Shown one piece after another: positions 14,901 through 27,905 of a stretch of 64,000 nt of DNA. Source of the stretch: the human T2T-CHM13v2.0 reference genome, Homo sapiens; NCBI RefSeq assembly GCF_009914755.1, contig NC_060930.1, one strand, 5' to 3'. The number at the start of each line of letters is the position of its first letter. Position 1 is the stretch's first letter. The notes beneath the pieces were generated by a model. It had not been told where the DNA came from. It saw only the letters and a list, made by a program, of their open reading frames with translations, and did not search any database. A program made the position numbers and the translations under genes.

Positions 14901-16149
14901 TTCCTCTGCTTGTAAATCTGAACATTTCTTTGACTTATCTAGCCTAAAGTGTCTTCTTTCGTAAAGGTTTTTCAACTTATCAGGAAGATTTACTCCATTT
15001 TCTTTACTATTTCTAATTTTTATTAATCTCTTTATAGTATGACATCTTTTTATTGGTGCATATTATCTTCTCTCACATATCGTGAGCATCTCAAAGAAAA
15101 AATTCTCTTTTTATTCCTAGTAACTAGTAATATGCAGAATACTAAGTATTTGCTCAGAATTATTGGTTAGAAAAATCAATATATCCAAATATATGTTCTT
15201 CTTTTTAGCTGGGGCTCAGCAACCATTTAGAACCATTTCACTGAGAGAGTCTTCCATGGTACCTATTATTTAGCAAAACTTAGTAACCTAAGATTAAAAG
15301 TTATGGCCAAGAAAATTCAGTTTGATTCCTCAAATAGTTTTTGTATATAAAGAAAATAAGCATGTAATAATATGATTGAACTGGAATGTTTTCTATACAA
15401 TTGTATACCATTTGAAGATTTCATTTTTATGATAGTATATTGAGATAACTAAATGTACAAGACAATAGAAAAAGACTAGGAAAGAACATGTTCTAAAATA
15501 TGTCTCAATGAAGTAAATAGTTCCTGAGAGCTCTTGTATATTCAGGCAATATAATTTTATGGAAATTGCTGGAAAACCATTTGAAATCAAAAGAGTGGCA
15601 ATCTCTGTTCCATTCAGATTGCTTCATTAAGTGTAAATAATAGAAAGCCATAGGAACTTTCCATCATCATTTCTGAACAGTTGATTGAATTCCTAATAAA
15701 TAATGGAAGGCAGAATACACAAAGTGGCACATTGTTAAATTCTTGTACTAAATGTTTTGAGAGAAAGTCTGGGAAATAGGGTTCTGATAAATTTCTATAT
15801 AAATCAGTAAATAACCTAATTTGCCAAAGGAAGGAGTAAACTACCTCTGTAGTGTAGTGTTTATTGGAGCAATGAGTTCTTTTATGTGAGAGAGAGAAGA
15901 AAAACAGAATGGAAGTACAGATAAATAGAGAAAACGAAGACTTCATATGGGAACCGAATAGCAGAGAATGTTCCTATGATTTTCAGTGAAACAATTGCAA
16001 CATACTTTAGTGTGCATAATTCTAGATAATGGCAAGAAAAAAAGCATAGCCTTTTGACATTTTACACAAGAATTATCCTTAGTGAAAAAATATGTTAAGA
16101 ATGCTATTTCATAGTGACATATCCATTCAGAACCCTAATGTATTAGACT

Positions 16150-16700
16150 TTGCAATGTCTAATTGCATCAAATAGATGCTACTATGAAATAAACCATCTC
16201 AAAACTTACCAGCTTAAAACCATTTATTTAGCTTATGATTTTGCTGGATGTCAAATTAGGCTGGGCTCAGTTGGACAATTTTTCTTCTTGGATGAGCTCC
16301 TTCAGACATTTTTAGTCAAGATGTGATCAGCAGCTTTGGTGATCTTGGCTGGGCTTTCTCATATGTCAGAGGGCTTTTATAAGACAACTAGATAGACTCT
16401 GTCCTGGTTCACACAATCTCTTATCATCCAGGAGACTATCCCAGGCTTGTTCACATGGTGGCTGGGCAGAGTATCAAGAGGAAAGGAAGCATGCAAGGAC
16501 TCTGGAGGTCTGGTCTTTGAACTGCTACACTATTATTTTTACTGTATTGTATGTGCCACCACAGAATCATCTCAGATTGAAGGGGTGGAGATTTATGGAC
16601 TTCTTCGTAAGAGAAGCTATGATGTCACATGGCAAAAGATACTCATATAGAGAAGAACAGAGTATGGTAATTGTAGAAATTTAGCACATACATCTACAGA
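16150..16700 (-). mobile_element. MLT1 (MaLR) LTR
   Basis: ctcaaaacttaccagcttaaaac...catttatttagct...ggctgggctcagttggaca is typical of MLT1. Confidence 0.7.
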
Positions 16701-17075
16701 AAAAATGGAGACTACTGAGAACAAAGTCCTAGAAAATGATGACGGACATAAAATATTTTAAAATCAGAAGTTCTTTCAGAATATTGTTTTAAAATTTGAT
16801 AAGTATTTATTTTAGGTTTTTATTTCCATTCATCATTTCTCACAAGTATTGATGAATGTTATAGCAAAACAATGGATCTTGCACAACTTAAATGTAAGCT
16901 AATCTACAAAGGAATATAAACTCAGTTGCCATTACTAATTACACAAATTCATGGTCTTCCATTGATTCTTTTCCAGCTAAAAATAAATTTTCAGCTATTC
17001 TTGTGTAATTTATTATAGGTTAATAAATTTGAATGGAAAGGGTTTACTGATAAATTTGATATTTCATTAATATTA

Positions 17076-17424
<349 letters not shown>

Positions 17425-20400
17425 TTAAAAGGCAATGATTGATTGCAGTTTTCAGTTATATTTGTTATTAGAGAAAAAATGAATAGATTCTCTCTGTAAT
17501 TGATAAGTATTTTTTAAAAAATTTCCTGTACCATAGCTAAAAATCTGACTCCGACAAAAACATGAAACCTCCTTCACGTAACTATAGAAGTTCCCACTAC
17601 AGAGTGAGTGATCATAATCAACCGGTGTTGGTTCTAAAATATGAGCTAGTTAAATTATCTGCAATATTTCTTAAAACAGCATTTTCAGCTTCCATCACAT
17701 AAAGATTGATTATATAGAAACAGAAAACTGAGGTACCCAAATAAAACACTCCCTAATTTATTTATTATTAGCTAGCTCAGACAGCAAGGAAACCAAAGTT
17801 TTATCCAATTCAGATAACTCATATTCAAAGAATATTACCATGAATATTTATATTAATAATCCATTTTTATATACTGGCAGCCAAACAAAACAGTGCTGAA
17901 ATGAGTTGACACGAGATTTCAGAATTTAAAAAAGAGAGAGCCATCTACCTGAATTGCTAATTGATGAGAATACTAGTAAAGACACTAGTGTTATTATTTA
18001 AGTAAAATAGTGACTAAACTCTTCCCCCAAAACACAGAGGAGATGAAACAAGGTAATTGCTTTTCTACAGTCTAAATTATAAAGCATGCCAGTGCTAAAA
18101 ATTATGTTTGACTTCATATGGGAACCGAATAGCAAAGTTCTATGACAGGGAAAAATAATTTTGCTTAACTTTTAGACAGATTCAGTGGCATATAGAAAGC
18201 ATAAGATATTTTCCCTTTTCTCCATACAAATTTTAAAAATATAGAATAATTGAGTTGAATTGTAGTGCATGTCAAAGGAACATTTCAGTTGTTCTCAATT
18301 GGGTTATTATTGACATGATCAACCACATCAATTGTAGGCTATTGCCTATGGGGACAGAGTTGGAAAGAGGAATGAAAAACTTTCATTTTACTATTGGTTA
18401 AACCACAGCTATTTGAATCTAACTTTCAATGCCACTTAAATTTATCGTACATGTATTTCATAGAAATAAATAATTGGACTACAATAAAAACCTACCAGTG
18501 TTAGAAGCTCAACCTGAATGAATATGCTTAGCTAAGTCAATTTCCTTTCCAAGTCTATATATTTTCCAAAATATATTCATATATTTTGGTTATAATTTCA
18601 AATTATGTTGTTCAATGAAATCAAACAATATTTTTTTAAAAATCAGTATAAGTATCTGTAGCTATTGGCACACAAGATGTTAAACTGTTACATTATTTTC
18701 AAAACATGTTCCAAACTTAAAATACTATGTCATCCCAAACTGAGTCAGAACGTTTGGAGATTGTCTGTTATTAACATAGTACCTGATGAGCAGTGTTAGA
18801 ATTATTTAGAATCACCAATTCAGTGTCTGTGTTATAAGCACGGTGTCTGTGTTATAAGCAGCGTGTTAAACTTTTCAGATTATGGCAAACATAGTTTCTT
18901 TCTAAGTCAAATTTGCAACTGAATGGAAAAGCTCACCATTTTTTTCTTAATCTTTTAATTGAATTTTTTATTTGTACAAATTTATGGGGCACTTGGTTAC
19001 ACATACATGATGTGTAGTGATCAAGTGAAGGTATTTAGAGTGTCCATCACCTGAGTACAACACACTTTTATTAGCTATAATCACCCTACTGTACCATCAA
19101 ATATTAAATTTATTTCTTCCCACTGTATATTTGTACTTTTAACAGAGTTTCTCTTTGTCATTCCTCATACTGTCCCCGCACACTCACCTTTCCCAGTCTC
19201 AGTTATCTATCTTTCCACTATCTACCTCCATGTGATCACATTTTTAACTCTCACATGTAAGTTAACAGCATGAGGTATTTATCCTTTTGTGTCTGGCTTA
19301 TTTCACTATGATAATAACCTCTAGATCCATCCATATTGCTCCAAATGATATGATTTAACTCTTTTTTATGGCTGAATAGAATTCCATTGTGTACATATAT
19401 CACATTGTTTTTAAACTTTTAGGTACAGGGTACATGTGCAGGTTTGTTTTATAGGTGAACTGCAGGTCCTGGGGCTTTGGTGTACAGATTATTTCACCAT
19501 CTAGGTGACAGACATAGTATCTGATAGGTAATTTTTCTGATCCTCTCCCTTCTCCCACCCTCCACCCTCAAATAGGCCCCAGTGTCTGTTGTTTCCCTCT
19601 TTGTGTCCATGTGTTCTTGTTGTTCAGCTCCCACTTATAAGTGAGAACATATAGTATTTGGTTTTCTGATCCTGCATTAATTTGCTTAAGGTAATGGCCT
19701 CCATCTCCATTCATGTTGCTGCACAAGACATGATCTCATTCTTTTTATGGCTGTATACTATTCCATGGTGTATGTGGTACATATTCCATGGTGCATGTGG
19801 TACACATACCACATTTTCTTTATCAAGTCTATTGTTCATGTGCATTTAGGTTGATTCCATGTCTTTGCTATTGTGAATAGTGCTGCAATGAACATACACG
19901 TGCATGTGTCTTTATGGTACAATGAGTTAGATTCCTTTCGGTATATACTTAATAGTGCGATTACTGGGTCAAATGCTAAGTTCTTTGAGGAATCGACACA
20001 CTGCTTTCCATAATGGCTGAACTAATTTACACTCCTACCAAAAGTGTATAAACTTTCTCTTTTCTCTGCTACCTTGCCAGCATCTGTTATTTTTTCACAT
20101 TTTAATAATGACCATTATGACTGGTGTGAGATGGTATGTCATTGTGTTTTTCCACTTGTTTTTGTCACCTCTTTTCACCTTCCTGGTTAGCTGCATTCCT
20201 AGGTATTATATTCTTTTTGTGTCAATTGTTAATGGAATTGCAATCCTGATTTAGCTCCTGGCTTAGATCTTGTTGATGTATAGGGATGCTACTGATCTTT
20301 GTATGTTCATTTTGTATTCTGAAACTTTGTTGAAGTTGTTTATCAGATCAAGGAGCTTTTGGGCAGAGATTATGATTTCTAGATATAGAATCATGTAATC

Positions 20401-20733
20401 TGTATACAGGGATAGTTTGACTTCCTCTCTTCCTATCAGGATGCCTTTTATTTCTTCCTTGTGCCTAACTGACCTGGCCGAGACTTCCAATACTATGTTA
20501 AATAGGAGTGAAAAGAGAGGGCACCCTTGTCTTGTGCCAGTTTTCAAGAGAGTGCTTCAAGCTTTTACTCAGTCAGTATGATGTTGGCTATGTGTCTGTC
20601 ATAGATAGCTCTTATTATTTTGAAGTATGTTTCTTTGGTGCTTAGTTTCTTGAGCATTTTTAACATGAAAAAATGTTGAATTTTATCAAAAGTGTTTTCT
20701 GCTTATACTGAGATAATCTATTGTTTTGGGTGG

Positions 20734-21126
20734 TGTGACAGTTAATACTGTTAACTTGGTTTGATTGAAGGGTACAAAGTATTGATCCTGGGTTTGTCTG
20801 TGAGGGTGTTGCCAAAAGAGATTAACAATTGAGTCAGTGGGCTGGGAAAGGAAAACCCACCCTTAATCTGGGTGGGCACCATCTAATCAGCTGCCAGCAT
20901 GGATAGAATATAAGCAGGCAGAAAAATGTGCAAAGAGAGACTGACCTAGTTCCCAGCCTACATCTTTCTCCCGTGCTGGATGCTTCCTGCTGTAAACATC
21001 GGACTCCAAGTTCTTCAGTTTTGGGACTCAGACTAGCTCTCCTTGCTCCTCAGCTTACAGACAGCTTATCATGGGACCTTGTGATTTTGTAAGTTAATAC
21101 TTAATAAACCCCCCTCATATATATAT
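20734..21126 (+). mobile_element. MLT2A (HERV-L) LTR, 3'-truncated at its TA repeat
   Basis: gattgaagggtacaaagtattgatcctgggt...gccaaaagagattaac; stops at catatatatat. Confidence 0.9.
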
Positions 21127-22210
21127 TTGGTCAAGTGTTGATTTGAGGTCCTGAATATCTTTGTTAATATTCTGCCTTGATGATCTGTCTAAACTGTCAG
21201 TGAGGTGTTGAAATGTCCCACTATTATTCTGTGGGAATCTAAGTCTCTTTGTAGGTCTTGAAGAGTTCGCTTCATGAATCTGGGAGCTCCTGTGTTGGTG
21301 TGTATATATTTAGATTAATGAGGTCTTTTTGTTGAATCAGGCCCTCTACCATTACATAATACCATTATATAATATGTGTCATTGCATGGGAAATGGGTGT
21401 CTTGAAGACAGAACTGTTGGGTCTTGTTTATTATCCAAGTTGCCACTCTGTGTCTTTTAATTTGGGCATTTTAGGCCATCTACATTCAACGTGAGTATAG
21501 ACATATATGAATTTGATCCTTTCATCATGTTGTTAGCTGGATATTATGCATACTTATTTGTGTGATTGCTTTATAGTGTCAGTGGTCTGTATACTTATGT
21601 GTGTTTTTGTAGTGGCTGGTACTTTCTTTTCTTTCCATACTTAGCACTCCTTTCAGGACCTTTTGTAAGGCAGGTCTGGTTGTAACAAATTCTGTTAGCA
21701 TTTGCTTGTCTGAAAAGAATCTTATTTTTCCTTCACTTATGAAGATTAGTTTGGCAGGGTATGAAATTTTTGCTTAAAAAATTATTTTCTTTAAGAATGC
21801 TAAATATTGGCCCCCAATCTCTTCTGGCTTGTAGGGTTTTTGCTGAAAGGTCTACTGTTAGCCTAATGGGGTTTCATTTGTAGGTGACCTGCCCTTTGTC
21901 TCTAGCTGGCTTTAACACTTTTTTCTTTTATTTTGACCTTGGAGTATCTGATGATTATGTGTCTTCAGGGTGATCTTCTTTTGTAGTATCTCACATGGGT
22001 TCTCAGCATTTCCTGAGTTTGAGTGTTAGCCTCTCGAGTGATGTTGGAGAAGTTTCCATGGATGATATCCTGAAATATGTTTTTCAAGTTGCTTGCTTTC
22101 TCCCTATCTTTTTCAGGGACACCAATGAATTATAGATTTGGTCTCTACATAATCCCATGTTTCTTGGAGGTTTTGTTCATTCATTTTAATTCTTTTTTAA
22201 AAAAATTTTG

Positions 22211-22516
22211 GGCTGGGCACAGTGGCTCATGCCTGTAATCCCAGCACTTTGGGAGGCCGAGGCGAGTGGATCACGAGGTCAGGAAATCAAGACTATCCTG
22301 GCTATGGTGAAACCCCATCTCTACTAAAAAAAAAAAAAAAATACAAAAAATTAGCTGGGCGTGGTGGCGGGCACCTACAGTCCCAGCTACTCGGAAGGCT
22401 GAGGCAGGAGAATGGCGTGAACCGGGTGGAGCTTTCAGTGATCCAAGATCGCGCCACTGCACTCCAACCTGGGTGACAGAGCGAGACTCTGACTCAAAAA
22501 AAAAAAAAAAAAAAAA
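22211..22516 (+). mobile_element. Full-length Alu inside L1 ORF1
   Basis: Dimeric Alu with expanded middle A tract and poly-A tail. Confidence 0.97.
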
Positions 22517-25500
22517 GTTGTCTGAGTAATTTCAGAGAGCCAGTCTTCAAGCTCTGAGATTCTTTCCTAGCATGCTCTATTCTGCTGTTAATACTTGAGA
22601 TTGCATTATGAAATTCTTGCAGTGTGTTTTTCAGATCTATCAGGTCAGTTTGGTTCTTTTTTGTAATGACTGTTTTGTATGTTAGCTCCTGCATTATTTT
22701 ATTGTAATCTTTACATTCCTTGGATTGGGTTTTGACTTTCTCCTAAATCTCAATGATCTTCATTCCTATCCATATTCTGAATTCTATTTCTGTCATTCAG
22801 GCTAGTTAAGAACCCTTGCTGAGGACATAGTACAATCATTTAGAGGAAAGAAAGCACTCTGACTTTTTGAGTTGACACAGTTATTGTTCTGGTTCTTTCT
22901 CATCTGTGTGAGTTGGTGTTCCTTTAACTGTAGTGTACATTGAGTACAGTGAGTGGACTTCTGGATGTTTTCAAAGGGCCAGGGCTTTCTGTAGGGTCTT
23001 TATTTGTAGCTGAATTCTTGCCTTTGATTTCACGGGGGGGTATATTAGAAAAGTATTTTTGGTGTTGAAGTTTTGGGCTGCGATCCAGTAGACGGTACTT
23101 AAGTGTAATGGCCAGTAGGTAGGGTCCTGCTTGGCCAAGTGACTCCTCTATATTTCCGCAGGATTGCAGCGGAGCTCCCTCTTTCTTCTCTAAAAGTGTG
23201 GTATCCTTGCCCACTTGAGTACTGGCTACAGATCTTGGCTTGGCACTCCTGGGCTGCACACTGCAAAGCTCTGGGGCAAGTTCAGGCTTTATGTTCCTTT
23301 CCCAGCTTGGAGGCAGCAGGCTAAGGGACCTAAGCAGTGGCTATGGCAGGGGGTCTTTCACTTGTCTGTTGGGGCTCCACCCCAGAGAGATGCAGAGCTG
23401 CTATCAATCAGTGCAGTCACCTGGGATGCAGTAGCTGTACGTGGGGGTGGGGAGGGCGGTTGAGGGAGTGGGTCCCCAGGTTAGACAGATTGGTCTCTTC
23501 TCCTTAGGGGAAAGTGCAGCTTGCTGAAGATGTAGTGAAAGCACTCAGGGTCTTTGTTCCTTCCCTAGTCCAAAGGCAGCAAGGGCAGTACCACTACAGT
23601 GGCCATGGCAGAGGGGATTTTAGTTCCCTCTGGGAGCTCCACCTCAAAGAAACATGGAGCTGCTGCTACTGGTAATGTTCAGCCAGGGGTTAAGGTGGTT
23701 GCACTGCTGGCCTGATCTGAGGACTTCATGTGCTGAGGAGTTGGGGTGTTGAAGGCTCACAGGGAGGAGAAACTGGGCTCCTCTCCATGTAGTGACTGGT
23801 GCACTGGAAGCCCAGATGAAGCATTCAGGCTCTTTGTTTCTTTACCAAACCGAAGGCAGCAAGGGCAAAACCACTGCTGTGGCAGTAATAGAAGAGCTGT
23901 TGGTTGTCTCCACAGGCAAACTGAGAGCACCATCAGTAGGTATTCTCAGTTGTGGTTGGGGTGGCTGATCTGTGGTCCTGAGTCAGGGCCCCTGTTGGTG
24001 AAGAATGGGGCATGGGAGAGGCTCACAGGGAAGGGGGACTGGACTTCTTCCCATATGGGGGCTGCAGTGTACCAGAAGTACCAGTGTAGGACTAGGCTCT
24101 TCGTTCCTTCCTCAGCCCCAGAGGGGTTAGGGTGGCACCACTGCAGGTGCAATGGTAGAGAGCTTGTGGGTTGACTCTGGGATTTCCTCCTCAGAGAAAC
24201 GCAGAGCTGCCTCCTTCTGGTATCCAGGTGGGCTAGGGTAGTTGTGCTGGAGTCCCAGGTCTGGAGGCCCCACCTAATGAGGAGAAGTGCAATAGGGACC
24301 CACGTGAACAGTCTGACCACATTTCTGTGGGGTGGCTGCACTGTCCTAGGGATCCAGGCCAGTCCCTAATCACCAAGCACCCTCCAGAGCCTGAGAGCAG
24401 GAGTGGCAAGAGACGGAGGACAGCCAAGATGGCGGTCTGCCTTTCCCTCTGAGAGCTCCTTCCCAGGGAATCTCAGAACTGCTACCAGCTGGAGAGCCCC
24501 TGTGTAGGGTAGCTGTAGTCCCAGGTCGGTAGGTTCTGCCCAGTGAGGAAAAACGGGATCAGGGACCTGCCTCTGGCTGCTTTTCCGTGGGGCAGCTGCA
24601 CTGTACTGGGGATCCACCTTAGTCCCTCGTAACCACCCACTCTGTAGAACGTGAAGGCAACAGCAGGGAGGGCTGTGAGACACCCGAGATGGTGGCCTGC
24701 TTCTCCTTCTGGGAGCTCCATCTTGGGGAAATGCAGAGCTTCTCCCAGCCCAAGGGGGTGGGATGAGAGCGGAGGCGGGGGGTAGCTTTAGTTCTAGACC
24801 AGGGGACCTTATCCTGCAAGGTGCAGTGGAAGCGAGGCATACAGTCCATTGCTGCTCAGCTTCTTGGACTTGGCCCCTTTTCTGGAGGCATGTGAAGAAG
24901 GCTGACTTCTTAGTTGCTGCAGCTGCAGCCAGCAATGCCCACATTTTCTTTATCCATTCATCTGTTGATAAGCATTTAGGTTGATCCCATACATTTGCTC
25001 TTGTGTGTAGTGCTACAACAAACATGTGAGTGCAGATATCCCGTTGATATATTGATTTATTTTCCTTTTTGGTAGATACTCAGTAGGGGGGTTGCTGTAT
25101 CAAATAGTAATTCCATTTTTAGTTCTTTAAGAAATATCCATACTGTTTTCCATACTAGCTGTACTAGTTTACATTTTCACCAACAGTGTATGAGTACCCC
25201 TTTCCTGCATCCTTGCCAGCATCTGTTATTTTTTATCTTTTTAATATAGTCATTCTAACTGGTATAAGATAATATCTAATTGTGGTTTTGAATTGCATGT
25301 CTCTGTTGATTAGTAGTGTTGAGTATTTTTTCATATACCTGTTTGCTATTTTTATGTCTTATTTTAGAAATGTCTATTCATGCCCTTTGCCCATTTTTAA
25401 TGGGATTATTTGTGTGTATTTTCTTTTTCCTGTTGTGTTCCTAGCACAGTCTAGATATTAGTTCTCTGTCATATAAACAGTTTGAAAATACTCTTTCCCA

Positions 25501-26190
25501 TTCAAGAGGTTTGTCTGTTCACTCTGTTCAGTATTTCTTTTGCTGTGCAGAAGTTGGTTTATCTGAGCCTTATTTGGCTATTTTTGTTTTTGATACCTGT
25601 GCTTTCGATCTTAGTCATAAATTCTTTGCCTAAATCAGTGTGATACCTCCAGCTTTGTTCTTTTTGCATAGGATTGCTTTGGCTATTTGGGCTCTTTTTG
25701 GTTCCATATGAATTTTAGGATTATTTTTTCGGTCAGAAATGATTCTGGTATTTTGATAGGGATTGCTTTGAATTTGTGGATTGCTTTGGGCAATATGATT
25801 ATTTTACTGACATTAATTCTTCTGATACATGAGCATGGAATGTTTTCTTCCATTTGTGTCAGTTTCAATTTCTTTTATCAGTGTTTTGTAATTTTCCTTG
25901 TAGAGATCTGTAACACCCTTTGTGAAATTTATTTCTAGCTGTTTTTTCTTGTAGTTATTGTAAGTGGGATTGCTTTCTTGAGGTCTTTCTTGGCTAGATC
26001 ATTGTTGATATATAGAAATGCTACTGATTTTTGTATATTGATCTTGTATCCTGCAACTTTCCTGAATTCATTGATCACATATAGGAGTTTTTTGGTGGAG
26101 TCCTTTGTTTGTTCTAGATATAACATATATGATCTTACATGATATCATCAAAAAAGAACAATTTGACTTCTTTTCAAATTTGGTTGCCTT

Positions 26191-26660
26191 TGTGAACCCC
26201 AAAACTCTGAGACAGATTTCAGTTCATTTAGACAGTTTATTTTGTCAAGGTTGAGGATGCATGCCAGGGACACAGCCTCAGGAGGTCCTAATGGCATGTG
26301 CCCAAGGTGGTCAGAGCACAGTTTGGTTTTATACATTCTAGGGAGACATGAGACATCAATCAACGTATGCAAGATGAACATTGGTTAGGTCTGGAAAGAT
26401 GCAACAGCTCAAAGCAAAGGTGGGAAGACTGAAAGTGAGGGGGGTGTCTTCCAGGTCAGAGATAGATAACAGACAAATGGTTGCATTCTTTTGAGTTTCT
26501 GATTGGCCTCTCCAAAGGAGGCAATCAGATATGCATTTATCTCAGTGAGCAGAGGGGTGACTGAATAGAATGGGAGGCAGGTTGGCCCTAAGCAGTTTCC
26601 AACTTGATTTTTCCCTTAGCTTAGTGATTTGGGGGCCCCGAGATTTATTTTCCTTTCACA
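26191..26660 (-). mobile_element. MER4A-like ERV1 solo LTR
   Basis: tgtgaaccccaaa...gattt gggggccccgagatttattttcctttcaca ends; TSD-like cctt/cttt; interrupts L1 ORF2. Confidence 0.88.
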
Positions 26661-27617
26661 CTTTTTATTTCTTTCTCTTGTCTGATGGCTCTGGCTAGGA
26701 CTTCCAGTACTATGTTGAATAAGTGGGGTGGAAGGGGGTATCCTTGTCTTGTTCCTTTTCTTAGAGAAAAGGCTTTCAACTTTTCCCCATTCATTATGGT
26801 GTTAGCTGTGGGTTTGTCATATATGACTGTTATTATTTTGAGGTATGGTACCTTCTATGCCTAGTTTGTTGAGCTTTTATCATGAAGGGATGCTAATTTT
26901 ATCAAATGCTTTTTCTGCATCTATTGAGATGATCATGTGGTTTTTGTTCTTAATTCTACTGATGTATGAGACTTACTGATTTGCGTATGTGGAACCATCC
27001 TTGCATCCCTAGAATAAAACCCGCTTGCCACTGGATTCAGTTTGCTAGTATTTTGTTGAGGATTTTCATATCTGCATTAATCGGGGATATTGGCTTGTAG
27101 TGTTTGTGGTTGTACCATTGTATGGTTTTAGTATCAGGGTTATGATGGCCTCCTAAAATGAGTTAGGGAGAATTCTCTCCTTTTTAAATTATTTTTTGAT
27201 ATGGTTTTAGGAGGGTTGCCATTGGCTCTTCTTTATGTATTTGGTAGAATTTGGTTGTGAATCCATCTGGGCCTGGGCTTTTCTTTTTTGGGAGATTTTT
27301 ATCACTGATTCAATTTTGCTACTTGTTATTGATCTATTCAGATGTTCTATTTCTTCCTAATTCAATCTTTGCAGGTTATATATTTCTGTAAACTTATCCA
27401 TTTTCTCTAGATTTTTCAGTTTGTCAGCATATAGTTGTTCCTAATAGTCTCTGATGATCTTTCATAATTCCGTGGTATCAGTTGTAATGTCCCCTTTTTC
27501 ATTTCCGATTTTATTTATTTGGGTCTTCTCTCTTTTTCTTAGTCCAGCTACAGGTTTATCAATTTTGTTTATCTTTTTGAGAAACCAACTTTTCGTTCCA
27601 TTCATGTTTTATATAGA

Positions 27618-27905
<288 letters not shown>

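Larger units (their letters stand above)
19408..24939 (-). mobile_element. Near full-length L1PA13-16-type element with internal deletions, nested in the L1MA
   Basis: 3' end ggtacatgtgcaggtttgtt; RT remnant [17 protein letters not shown] (ORF 20263-20547); ORF1 remnant; GC-rich 5'UTR at ~22950-24939; TSD cacattgtttt / cacattttctt. Confidence 0.88.

Noticed and set aside
24366-25025. 219-aa minus-strand ORF and neighbouring ORFs
   Set aside because: Chimeric read-through from the host L1MA into the GC-rich L1PA 5'UTR
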